A stretch of 64,000 nt of DNA from Polyangiales bacterium (lineage in GTDB: Bacteria > Myxococcota_A > Polyangia > Polyangiales > Ga0077539). Below, piece by piece: positions 1 through 9,300 of this stretch. The stretch lies in assembly GCA_046351535.1 (NCBI GenBank), contig JAXLYG010000005.1, positions 357,334 through 421,333 of the forward strand, in the 5' to 3' direction. The stretch's first letter is position 1. Every line of letters starts with the position of its first letter. The translations under genes were made by a program, and so were the position numbers. The notes under the pieces are model-generated. The model made no database searches and was not told where the DNA came from. It saw only the letters and a program-made list of their open reading frames with translations.

Positions 1-1085
<1,085 letters not shown>

Positions 1086-1089
<4 letters not shown>

Positions 1090-1415
1090 AGACGCTCGTG
1101 GGAATGTCGCTGGTGGTCGCGATGGCGCTCGGTCTCGCGGGGTGTGCCTCCACGGGCACCGCGCAGCACGCGACCGTCGCCGTCGGACGCGGTACCAACT
1201 ACGTCGCCTCGGGTCCTGTTCCCCAGGATCCGAATCCGCACGGCGTCGCGGTGGCGTCGTCTGAGAACCTCCGCTCGCTCGGCGACCCCGACCTTCACGG
1301 CGCGGGCGTCCCGACCCCCGAGCCCGCCGCGCCCGAGCACGAGATCCGCCTCGCCGGTCCGACGCCGCAGATCCCGATCCCCCGCAGCGGCGCGATGGCG
1401 ATCCCCGTCGACTGA
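1086..1415 (+). CDS. Small lipoprotein (hypothetical)
   Basis: ATG overlaps the upstream stop (ATGA). Signal peptide with lipobox LGLAGC. Pro/Gly-rich mature part with no recognisable domain. Confidence 0.45.
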
Positions 1416-1447
1416 GCCTCTCTCTTCACAGCCTCGCAGCGATCTAC

Positions 1448-1478
1448 GGCCCGTTGAGAGCGATGACTCCAACGGGCC
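1448..1478 (+). terminator. Hairpin downstream of the lipoprotein gene (9-bp stem ggcccgttg/caacgggcc, 13-nt loop). Possible terminator or regulatory stem-loop.
   Basis: Perfect inverted repeat seen directly in the sequence. No downstream T-tract, as expected at high GC. Confidence 0.25.
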
Positions 1479-1544
1479 GTTCGCATTTCCCAGTCCACGA
1501 TCCGAGGAGGCGCCGCGACGGGTGAACCGCGCGCGCGATGCACG

Positions 1545-2300
1545 ATGAGCGAAGAGACACTCAATCGACGAGCCTTCAGCGCCGGCGTCGCAGCGACCGT
1601 GGCCGCGGCCGCGCTGCTCAAGGACGAGCGCGCCGAGGCGCAGCAGCGCACGGCCGCGCCGGTCCCGATGACGCTCCTCGCGACGCCGGCCGAAAAGGCC
1701 GTGGTGCCGCTCCCCTACGCGCCCGGCGCGCTCACGGGGCTCTCGGAGCGCCTGGTGCGCTCGCACCACGAGAACAACTACGCGGGCGCCGTCCGCAAGC
1801 TCAACGAGATCCGCCGTCAGCTCGCGAGCGCCGACCCCGATCAGTCGGGCGGCTACTGGAGCCTCTACGGCTCGCTTCGCGCCGCGGAGCTCTCCGCGCG
1901 CAACAGCGCGCACCTCCACGAACTGTACTTCTCGAACCTCGCGGCGCCTCCCGCGGGCGACGCGGGCGTGACGCCGTCGGCGGGCGTGGCGGCGGTGCTC
2001 TCGGCGCGCTTCGGCTCCGTCGATCGCTTTCAGGCGCAGCTTCGGGGCGCGGCGAAGGCGTCGAACGGATGGGTGGCGCTCGTCGTCGACCCCGCGTCGC
2101 GCACGCTCGAGCTCGTGCAGACCGAGGGACACGCCTTCGGCGCGTGGGAGGCGTCGCCGCTCGTCGTGCTCGACATGTACGAGCACGCGTACGCGATCGA
2201 TTTCGGCGCCGACAAGGGCGCGTACCTCACGGCCTTCTGGCGCTGCCTCCACTGGGCCGAGGTCGAGCGACGGCTCAACCGCGCGCTCACGAGGGCGTGA
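1545..2300 (+). CDS. Fe/Mn superoxide dismutase-family protein with twin-arginine (Tat) signal peptide; partly degenerate metal site
   Basis: N-terminal RRAFSAGVAATVAAAA Tat motif. SOD signatures LPYAPGAL...HHENNY...KLNEI and C-terminal DMYEHAYAIDF...AFW (Asp/His ligands present). The second HH of HHxKHH and the H81-equivalent are not conserved. Confidence 0.6.
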   Translation: MSEETLNRRAFSAGVAATVAAAALLKDERAEAQQRTAAPVPMTLLATPAEKAVVPLPYAPGALTGLSERLVRSHHENNYAGAVRKLNEIRRQLASADPDQSGGYWSLYGSLRAAELSARNSAHLHELYFSNLAAPPAGDAGVTPSAGVAAVLSARFGSVDRFQAQLRGAAKASNGWVALVVDPASRTLELVQTEGHAFGAWEASPLVVLDMYEHAYAIDFGADKGAYLTAFWRCLHWAEVERRLNRALTRA

Positions 2301-2354
2301 GCGGAACGCGCGTCCCGGTCAGTCGCGGGAAGCGACCGTTGCCACCGCGACGCC

Positions 2355-2500
2355 TCTCGACGCCGCATCGCAGCCCATCGACGCGACGGCGAAGCCCATC
2401 GACGCCGCATCGCAGCCCATCGACGCGACGGCGAAGCCCATCGACGCCGACGCGAAGCCCATCGCCATCACCGCAGAGCCCCTCGACGCGAGCGCGGAGC
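2355..2500. repeat. Tandem array of about seven 21-bp direct repeats (cgacgcSNNNcRNagcccat)
   Basis: Direct inspection: cgacgccgcatcgcagcccat / cgacgcgacggcgaagcccat alternate, then degenerate copies. Intergenic, between the SOD-like gene and a hypothetical gene. Confidence 0.7.
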
Positions 2501-2854
2501 ACGACACCGCGCGTCGATCGCTCTCGCGGCCGCGTCGAGGGCCCTCGTTCGCGCGTCGACGGGCCTTCGTCGCGCCGCCGGTGGCCTGAAATCGCGCGCA
2601 AGTGGGCTCCGCGTCGTCGTCGATGTCCTCCGTGGTGGCGGTCGAAGCCTCCGCGCTGACGACCGAAGCACCCCGACGCGTCGATCGTCCCCGCACCGTC
2701 AAATCTGACGCCCTCGTCCGCAGAAATTGACGCCTCACGCGCGGAGCTTCGACGTTCGTTCGCTTCGCCTCTCGACGCCCGCGGCAAGCCGCAGGGACGG
2801 CGAAATCATCGTCGGCACACGCCGTGGAAAGCGTCCCCGTCCACGAGGTGATGG

Positions 2855-3703
2855 ATGGCGAAGACGAAGACGACCCCGAGGCTGAAGCGCGACACACGGA
2901 CCGTCACGGCGAACGAGCGCGCGAAGGCGACGCCGTCGGTGCTTCCCCCTTCGCCCGCGGAGGACGAGCCCACGGTGACCGTCGGCGCTGAGACGCTCGA
3001 CGCGACGCCCGTGCGGCTGATGCTCCTGCTCCGCGGGATCGGCACGCTGAAGGCGGTACGCGAGACGCTCCGCGGCTGCGGGTACACGGCGAAGGAGCAC
3101 GCCCGCGGGTGGCAGCTCCTCCACGCCTGCTCGGGCTTCGTCGAGGGAACCGAGACCGAAGACACGGCCGTGGCCGAGACCATCGCCGAGATCGACGCGT
3201 GGGACGAGCCCACCTACTCGATCGCCGATGCGTCGCTGAAGCACCGCCACCCGGCGCAGCACGCGTTCGTGTTTCAGGACCTCAAGGCGTCGCGCGGCGT
3301 GGCCGCGGTGGTGGGCGTGCACGCGTTCCTCGCGCGCCTCGACGCGCTCGAAGCGTCACCCGACCGCGCGGCGACGCGGGCCGCCGATCACGCCGCGCTC
3401 GCGACGCTCTCCGAGCGCGGCATCACCGCCGACGAGCGGGCGCGCGTGTGGAAGCTCGTCCGCAAGGCCGAGGCGCTCACCGAAGACGCGAGCTCCGACG
3501 CGAAGCAGCTCAGCGCCGCGGAGCAGACGAGCCGCCTCCGCGAAGCGCGCGCGTTCTTCGAGGAGTGGTCGCAGATCGCGCGCACGCTCATCACGCGTCG
3601 CGACCTGCTGATCCGGCTGGGTCTCGCGCAGCGCAAGGCGCCGGGCGTCAGCGACGACACGCCCGTCACGCCGACGGAGAAGCGCGAGCCGAAGCCCGCG
3701 TGA
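2855..3703 (+). CDS. Hypothetical protein (no recognisable domain), immediately upstream of the ATPase/HNH pair
   Basis: ATG start with balanced amino-acid composition. The antisense ORFs over this region are Arg-rich artefacts. 66 nt upstream of the ATPase gene. Confidence 0.5.
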   Translation: MAKTKTTPRLKRDTRTVTANERAKATPSVLPPSPAEDEPTVTVGAETLDATPVRLMLLLRGIGTLKAVRETLRGCGYTAKEHARGWQLLHACSGFVEGTETEDTAVAETIAEIDAWDEPTYSIADASLKHRHPAQHAFVFQDLKASRGVAAVVGVHAFLARLDALEASPDRAATRAADHAALATLSERGITADERARVWKLVRKAEALTEDASSDAKQLSAAEQTSRLREARAFFEEWSQIARTLITRRDLLIRLGLAQRKAPGVSDDTPVTPTEKREPKPA

Positions 3704-3769
3704 CGCGCTCGGCCCACGAGGCCGCGTTGCTCGCAGCGGAGGCGTGGCGGCTGATATGCTCCGCCCGCA

Positions 3770-5002
3770 ATGCGGCTGCACTCGCTCACACTGACGAACA
3801 TCGGCCCCTTCGACGAAGCGAGCATCGAGTTCCTCGCGGACGGTGACACCTCGGGCAACGTGACGCTGCTCACGGGCGCGAACGGCACCGGCAAGACGAT
3901 CATCCTCGACGCGATTCGAACGCTCTTCGGCTCCGAGTTCGCGACTGTGGAGCGCGACATCTGGCGCAAGGGCGCAGTCGGCGGGATTCGCGGTGACTTC
4001 TCGGAGCCCGTCGAAGGCCGCCAGTCTCGGTTCTCCATCGGCGTCGGGCCCGCCGCGCCTCCGTACTACCCCGTTGGCTTGTCGGTGGAGGTCGCGACCA
4101 ACGTCGGGCGCGGCGCACACCCTCCCCCGTGGGTCGTCGACTTCTGGCGCTCTCAACTGGCGAACGATGCGTACGCCATTACCTCACTCGCAGCGATCAA
4201 TCACCGCGCGCTGTTCAAGGGAGCGCTTCAGGGGGTATCGAGCAACGCGTCGGTGACGCAGCTCCTCTGTCACTTCGACTACCTGCGCGACAGTCGCAAC
4301 GCCCGCGAGCGCGCCACGGGGGAGGCGCTCTACGCGCTCGCGCAGAAGATCGTGCAGATGAGCCTCCTCGACGGCGAGCTCAAGGAGATCGAGCGGCTCA
4401 CCTTCACGCCCATCGTCCGTCAGGGCGGGCACGACGTTCCGCTCGCGAGCATCAGCAGCGGCAACGCCTACCTCGTGCAGCGCATGATCACGCTCCTCGG
4501 GCGCATGTACTCGCTCCACGTGCTGCGTGACGGCGACCCCGCGAAGCTCCACGAGGCTTCTGGACTGCTCCTCATCGACGAGGCCGAGAACCACCTTCAC
4601 CCCTCGTGGCAGAAGAGCCTGCTGCCCAATGTGAGAGAGGTCTTTCCCAACCTCCAGATCATCGCCGCGACGCACTCACCCTTCGTCGTGGCGTCGGTGC
4701 GCGACGCGCGCGTCTACGTCTGCCACTACGACCCGACCACGCGTCGCACGACGGTGCGCGAAGAGACCGCGATCTATCAGAACAAGCCCGTCGACGAGAT
4801 CCTCATGTCGCCCGCGTTCGATCAGACGGCGCCCTTTGGAGAACCCATCAGCACGCTCCTCGCAGATCGCCGCCTCGCGATGGCGAAGGGAGACGTTGCG
4901 ACGCGCGACGAGATCGAACGGCGGCTCGTCGATCTCAACCCCACGTACTTCGGCTACCTCGACCTCGATCGGAAGATCGAGGCGCTGCGCAAGGCGGGCT
5001 GA
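3770..5002 (+). CDS. ABC-type AAA ATPase (AAA_15/AAA_21-like), Septu PtuA-like
   Basis: Walker A GANGTGKT at N-terminus, Walker B LLLIDEAENHLHP, and ATHSP motif near C-terminus. Stop overlaps the start of the HNH gene by 1 nt. Confidence 0.8.
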   Translation: MRLHSLTLTNIGPFDEASIEFLADGDTSGNVTLLTGANGTGKTIILDAIRTLFGSEFATVERDIWRKGAVGGIRGDFSEPVEGRQSRFSIGVGPAAPPYYPVGLSVEVATNVGRGAHPPPWVVDFWRSQLANDAYAITSLAAINHRALFKGALQGVSSNASVTQLLCHFDYLRDSRNARERATGEALYALAQKIVQMSLLDGELKEIERLTFTPIVRQGGHDVPLASISSGNAYLVQRMITLLGRMYSLHVLRDGDPAKLHEASGLLLIDEAENHLHPSWQKSLLPNVREVFPNLQIIAATHSPFVVASVRDARVYVCHYDPTTRRTTVREETAIYQNKPVDEILMSPAFDQTAPFGEPISTLLADRRLAMAKGDVATRDEIERRLVDLNPTYFGYLDLDRKIEALRKAG

Positions 5003-5655
5003 TGGTTCCGCTGGTGCGTGGGCCGACGCCGCGTCCCCTCGCGGAGCACGGGGCTCGTTGGACCTTGGCCTTCGTCGCGGAGCGCGCCGCGAACCCGTCG
5101 AAGCGTCCGCTCCGGGAGCGTTATGGCCACCCCGAGGTGCGCGTCGAGCTTCGTCGCATGAGCCTGGGGAAGTGCTTCTACTGCGAGCGCAAGCACACCG
5201 ACGGCGAGCAGGAGGTCGACCACCACATCGAGGTCGCCGAGCGCCCCGACCTCGCGTTCGCGTGGGAGAATCTCTATCTGTCGTGTAGAGCGTGCAACGG
5301 GAAGGCGCCGAACACGCAGATCCCCGTCGCCTCGTGCGTCGATCCGTGTGCTCCGAGCGCCTCGCCGAACGCGCATCTGACGTTTCACGGCGAGTGCATC
5401 CAACCGCGCGCGAACTCCTCGCACGGGCGCGAGACCATCGAGAAGTACAGGCTCCATCGCGATGAGCTCGACCTCGCGCGCGCTCGCGCGCTCCGCGAGT
5501 TCGATGGGGCGTACATCGCCGTGCTGCGCAGCATGAACGCGTCGGGCCGAAAGGAGCCTTCCGTCGAGGAGCGAGAGTTTCTTCGCGACTTCGCGGACCC
5601 AGCGCGCCCGTTCTCACTGATGATGGCGACGTATCTGAAGCGCCTGGGACTGTGA
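5002..5655 (+). CDS. HNH endonuclease (retron-type/TIGR02646-like), Septu PtuB-like
   Basis: CFYCERKHTDGEQEVDHHIEVAERPDLAFAWENLYLSCRACNGKA is an HNH motif with paired Cys and His/Asn catalytic residues. ATG overlaps the ATPase stop (TGATG). Confidence 0.8.
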   Translation: MVPLVRGPTPRPLAEHGARWTLAFVAERAANPSKRPLRERYGHPEVRVELRRMSLGKCFYCERKHTDGEQEVDHHIEVAERPDLAFAWENLYLSCRACNGKAPNTQIPVASCVDPCAPSASPNAHLTFHGECIQPRANSSHGRETIEKYRLHRDELDLARARALREFDGAYIAVLRSMNASGRKEPSVEEREFLRDFADPARPFSLMMATYLKRLGL

Positions 5656-5688
5656 GCGAACGAAGCCCGCGTGACCCGTCGCCCGCGC

Positions 5689-6606
5689 TCACCCCGCGTC
5701 GGGGTCGTACCGGATGTCTCCGCTGTGTGACGGATCGTAGCCCGGCACGCCCGACAGCATCGCGCGCAGCTCCGCCGACTGCGCCACCTCGCAGAGCCGC
5801 ACCACCGCGGGCGTGCCGAGATCGGCGCTCCGCACGAGCAGCCCGTAGCGCTCGCTGGCGATCAACTGGAACGCGAGCCCGAAGCGCGCCGCCAGCGCGT
5901 GCGTCGTGAGGCCCACCTCGGCCTCCGCGCGCTGCACGGTCTCGCAGACCTCCGCGTGCGACGCGCACACGATCGCGCCCGAGAGCGCCTGCTTGTGATC
6001 GACCTTCGCGGCGCGCAGCGCTTCGATCAGGTGACCGTACACGCCCGCCGTGCTCGGCCTCGACGCGACCTGAACGCGATGCAGCCCCTTGAGCGAGGGA
6101 AAGCGCTCGCCCGGCCGCACCGCGAGACCCACCTCGCGCTCCACGAGGTGAATCCGCGCGAGCCTCGCCTCGCCCGCGCGCGACGGAGGGAGGCCGCCGT
6201 GACTGCCCGCGGCCGTCACCATCCCCTCGGCGAGCCAGCGGAGCGCGAGCGAGCGGTCGGATTGCACGAAGCCCCACAGCGTCTTTGCGCCCGCGTTGAG
6301 GCGCTCCATCAGCATGCGCACCACCACGTCTCCGTTCGCGGCGAGGAGCGGCGGCGGGCGCGCGGAGACCTCGTCTGCGACCGGACGCACGCTCGCAGAG
6401 GGCGCTTCGGGGAGCGCCTCGGCGCCGCGCGACCAGGCCAGCACCTCGTCGCGGCGAAAGCGCCACTCGCCGCCGACGCGACGTCCGGGCAGTCCGCGCT
6501 TGAGCAGGCGGTAGATGTGCTTCGGGTGCACGCGGAGAAGCTCCGCGACGTCGCGACTCGTGAGCAGCGGCGCGTCGTCGGTGTGCGTCGTCATCGCGCG
6601 GAGCAT
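5689..6606 (-). CDS. Transcriptional regulator: excisionase/MerR-type HTH plus PBP-like (molybdate-binding-like) substrate-binding domain
   Basis: LLTSRDVAELLRVHPKHIYRLLKRG HTH at N-terminus. The real start is probably the internal ATG at 6606 (MLRAMTTH); the longer ORF to 6942 is Arg-rich. Divergent from the transporter gene. Confidence 0.6.
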   Translation of the reverse strand: MLRAMTTHTDDAPLLTSRDVAELLRVHPKHIYRLLKRGLPGRRVGGEWRFRRDEVLAWSRGAEALPEAPSASVRPVADEVSARPPPLLAANGDVVVRMLMERLNAGAKTLWGFVQSDRSLALRWLAEGMVTAAGSHGGLPPSRAGEARLARIHLVEREVGLAVRPGERFPSLKGLHRVQVASRPSTAGVYGHLIEALRAAKVDHKQALSGAIVCASHAEVCETVQRAEAEVGLTTHALAARFGLAFQLIASERYGLLVRSADLGTPAVVRLCEVAQSAELRAMLSGVPGYDPSHSGDIRYDPDAG

Positions 6607-6829
6607 CGCCCCAAATCCACCCCGGCAGGAACCTCCGACGTGTGGGCCTCGAAAGGAAACCAGTTGCAACGAGATGGAACCATCGGTAGCAACGCGGGAG
6701 CTCAATGAGACCTTTCGGGCCACCAACGCCTCTCCGCGCGCGTCCGCCCGGCGCCTCGCGTGGGCCGCTGTCACCCGCCCGCGCCGCGCACCCCTCGACG
6801 CGCGTCTGCGACTCGATGCGCGAACCCCG

Positions 6830-8026
6830 GTGGCACCGTTGAACTCGTCGAACCTCTCCTCCAGGCTCCGCTTCGATCGGCACGAGCTCGCGGGCGCCTT
6901 CGGAGACATCGGGACCGACCTCCCGCTGCTCATCGCGCTCATCGCGACGTGCGGACTCGACGCGGCGAGCGTCTGCGTGATGTTCGGGCTGCTCCAGATC
7001 GCGACGGGGATCCTCTACGGGATCCCCATGCCCGTGCAGCCGCTCAAGGCAATGGCCGCGATCATGCTCGCGCAGCGCCTCTCCGCGGGGACCCTCGCGG
7101 GCGGCGGTCTCGTCATCGGCGTGTCGATGTTCCTCCTCGCGGTGACGGGGCTCCTCGACACGCTCGTTCGCGTGGTGCCCAGGGAGGTCGTCCGCGGGAT
7201 CCAGTTCGGCCTCGGCGTGACCCTCGCGACGCTCGCGCTCAAGGAGTACGCGCGCGCCGACGGCCTCCCCGGCTACGCGCTCGCGCTCGTGTCGGTGGTC
7301 GCGCTGCTCGTGTTGCGGAGGCAGCAGCGCGTGCCCGCGCCGCTCGTCGTGATGGCCCTCGGGCTCGCCTACGCCGTCACGGTGAAGCTCGGCGACGGGT
7401 CGTTCCACGGCGCCGTGGGGCTGCGGCTGCCGTCGTTCCACACGCCGACGCGCGCGGAGATCACGCAGGGGGCGCTGCTCCTCGCGCTCCCGCAGATCCC
7501 CTTGTCGCTTGGCAACTCGGTGATCGCCACGAGCCAGACGACGCGAGACCTCTTTCCCCAGCGCGCGGTGTCGGTGCGAAAGATCGGCTTCACCTACGCG
7601 GCGATGAACCTCATCGCGCCGTGGTTCGGTGGGGTTCCCGTCTGTCACGGCTGCGGCGGCCTCGTGGGCTTCTACGGCTTCGGCGCGCGCACGGGGGGAG
7701 CGCCCGTGCTCTACGGCGCGATGTACCTCGTCCTCGGTCTCTTCTTCGCGCCCGGGTTCGCGCGCGTCGTCCACGTCTTTCCGATGCCGCTGCTCGGCGT
7801 GGTGCTGCTCTTCGAAGCCGTCGCGCTCATGACGCTCGTGCGCGACGTGGCGAACGAGTCGAGCTCGCTCTGGGTCGCGCTCGCGGTCGCCGCCGTGGTG
7901 GTGGGGCTCCCCTACGGCTACCTCGTGGGCCTCGTCGCGGGCACGCTCATCGTCTGGGGCGTGCGCCGCGGATGGGTGAAGACCCCCTCGATCGCCGTCT
8001 CCGACACGACGCCGTCGACGGGGTGA
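6830..8026 (+). CDS. MOT1/SulP-like family membrane permease (putative molybdate/sulfate transporter)
   Basis: Hallmark N-terminal motif ELAGAFGDIGTDLPL (MOT1-type GDLGT). About 10 predicted TM helices. Start is uncertain: GTG 6830 or ATG 6671. Confidence 0.55.
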   Translation: MAPLNSSNLSSRLRFDRHELAGAFGDIGTDLPLLIALIATCGLDAASVCVMFGLLQIATGILYGIPMPVQPLKAMAAIMLAQRLSAGTLAGGGLVIGVSMFLLAVTGLLDTLVRVVPREVVRGIQFGLGVTLATLALKEYARADGLPGYALALVSVVALLVLRRQQRVPAPLVVMALGLAYAVTVKLGDGSFHGAVGLRLPSFHTPTRAEITQGALLLALPQIPLSLGNSVIATSQTTRDLFPQRAVSVRKIGFTYAAMNLIAPWFGGVPVCHGCGGLVGFYGFGARTGGAPVLYGAMYLVLGLFFAPGFARVVHVFPMPLLGVVLLFEAVALMTLVRDVANESSSLWVALAVAAVVVGLPYGYLVGLVAGTLIVWGVRRGWVKTPSIAVSDTTPSTG

Positions 8027-8036
8027 GGGGGCGTGC

Positions 8037-8897
8037 TCACCGACCGCTGTTGACGTAGCGCCAGCCGAAGCGCCCCTTGATGCAGAGGTGTCCGTTGGTC
8101 ACCGACGACTCGACGGGCGACGTGACCTTCACCACCTGATCGTCTTGCACGTGCAGCGTCACGGCGCAGCCGACGCCGCAGTACGGGCACACCGTCGTGG
8201 TCGCCGTCTGCCGCTCGGGCGCCCAGGTCCCCTCGGCGCGCATCCGATGCTCGTCGCGGAACATCAGCGCTCCCGTGGGACACACCCCCACGCAGTTGCC
8301 GCAGAACACGCACGCCGACGCGGGGAGGCCCACTTCGAACTCCGTCGCGATGCGCGCTTCGAAGCCGCGTCCCGCGACGGAGATCGCGAAGGTGTTCTGC
8401 GCGTCGTCGCCGCACGCCTCGACGCATTTGTAACAGAGCACGCACTTCGAATAGTCGCGGACGAAGAGGTCGTTGTCGTCCTTCACGGGCTGCGCGACGG
8501 TGGCGCCGTCGAAGCGTTCGGGGGCGGCGCCGTAGCGCGCTCCCCACGTGCGCAGCGTGTCGGAGAGGGCCGTGTCGACGGACGACGCGAGGAGCTCGAT
8601 CACGACCTTGCGCGAGACGCGCACGCGCTCGGAGTCGGTGCGGACGACCATGCCGGGCTCGGCCTTTCGCGAGCACGACGCGACGAGGGTGCGAGCGCCT
8701 TCGAGCTCGACGACGCACACGCGGCACACGTTCACGGGCGTGAGGTTGTCGGCCTGACAGAGCGTCGGCACGTCGATGCCGAGGGCCCTGCACGCGTCGA
8801 GGATGGTCGCCCCTTCGGGGACGCGCGCGACCCTGCCGTCGATGCTGAGCTCGACGACGCGATCGACGGAGTGCGTGACGATGGGGAGATGCTTCAT
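8037..8897 (-). CDS. NuoG-N-terminal/HoxU-like iron-sulfur subunit (2Fe-2S, two 4Fe-4S, MopB-type 4Fe-4S) of NAD-linked formate dehydrogenase
   Basis: 2Fe-2S ferredoxin Cys pattern, CxxCxxCxxxCP motifs, and C-terminal CPYCGVGC...GHLCIKGRFGW (the N-terminal cluster domain normally fused to FdhA). Confidence 0.8.
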   Translation of the reverse strand: MKHLPIVTHSVDRVVELSIDGRVARVPEGATILDACRALGIDVPTLCQADNLTPVNVCRVCVVELEGARTLVASCSRKAEPGMVVRTDSERVRVSRKVVIELLASSVDTALSDTLRTWGARYGAAPERFDGATVAQPVKDDNDLFVRDYSKCVLCYKCVEACGDDAQNTFAISVAGRGFEARIATEFEVGLPASACVFCGNCVGVCPTGALMFRDEHRMRAEGTWAPERQTATTTVCPYCGVGCAVTLHVQDDQVVKVTSPVESSVTNGHLCIKGRFGWRYVNSGR

Positions 8898-9300
8898 GAG
8901 AGGCCCCCTCCCCGTCCCTCCCCCGCGAAGCGGGGAGGGATGCTGAGAGGCCCCCTCCCCGTCCCTCCCCCGCGAAGCGGGAGGTGCCTGTTGGTAGCTG
9001 GCATGCCCTCACCCCGGCCCTCTCCCGCCGAGGCGGGAGAGGGAGGCTCGGCGAGAGGCAGCGGCGCACGGCGCCCAGGCACCTCGTTGCATCGAAATCA
9101 CCTCTCGCCTCAGCCCCTCGCCCGTTCGCACGTCTGCTCGCACGTCTGCCCACTCCTTCGCCCGCTCGCCCGCCCGCACCCCCGCGCCCTCGTGGCACCC
9201 GTGCGCTCCCTCTCCCGCCTCTGGCGGGGAGCAGGGCGGGGCATTCCAGCTACCAACAGGCACCCTCTCCCGCTTCGCGGGGAGGGACGAGAGGGGCTCG
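8898..9300. repeat. Cluster of REP-like palindromic elements forming a large inverted-repeat structure (MITE-like)
   Basis: Two tandem copies of gagaggccccctccccgtccctcccccgcgaagcggggaggg (8899-8984). tgcctgttggtagctggcatgccc (8985-9008) is inverted at 9238-9262. Further palindromes ctctcccgccgaggcgggagaggg and ccctctcccgcttcgcggggaggg lie on the right arm. Confidence 0.65.

Noticed and set aside
4676-7774. 1032-aa minus-strand ORF spanning the HNH gene, the regulator and the transporter
   Set aside because: Extremely Arg/Ala/Gly/Glu-rich low-complexity translation with no motifs. Antisense to genes with clear domain signatures. Typical long open frame of 70% GC DNA.
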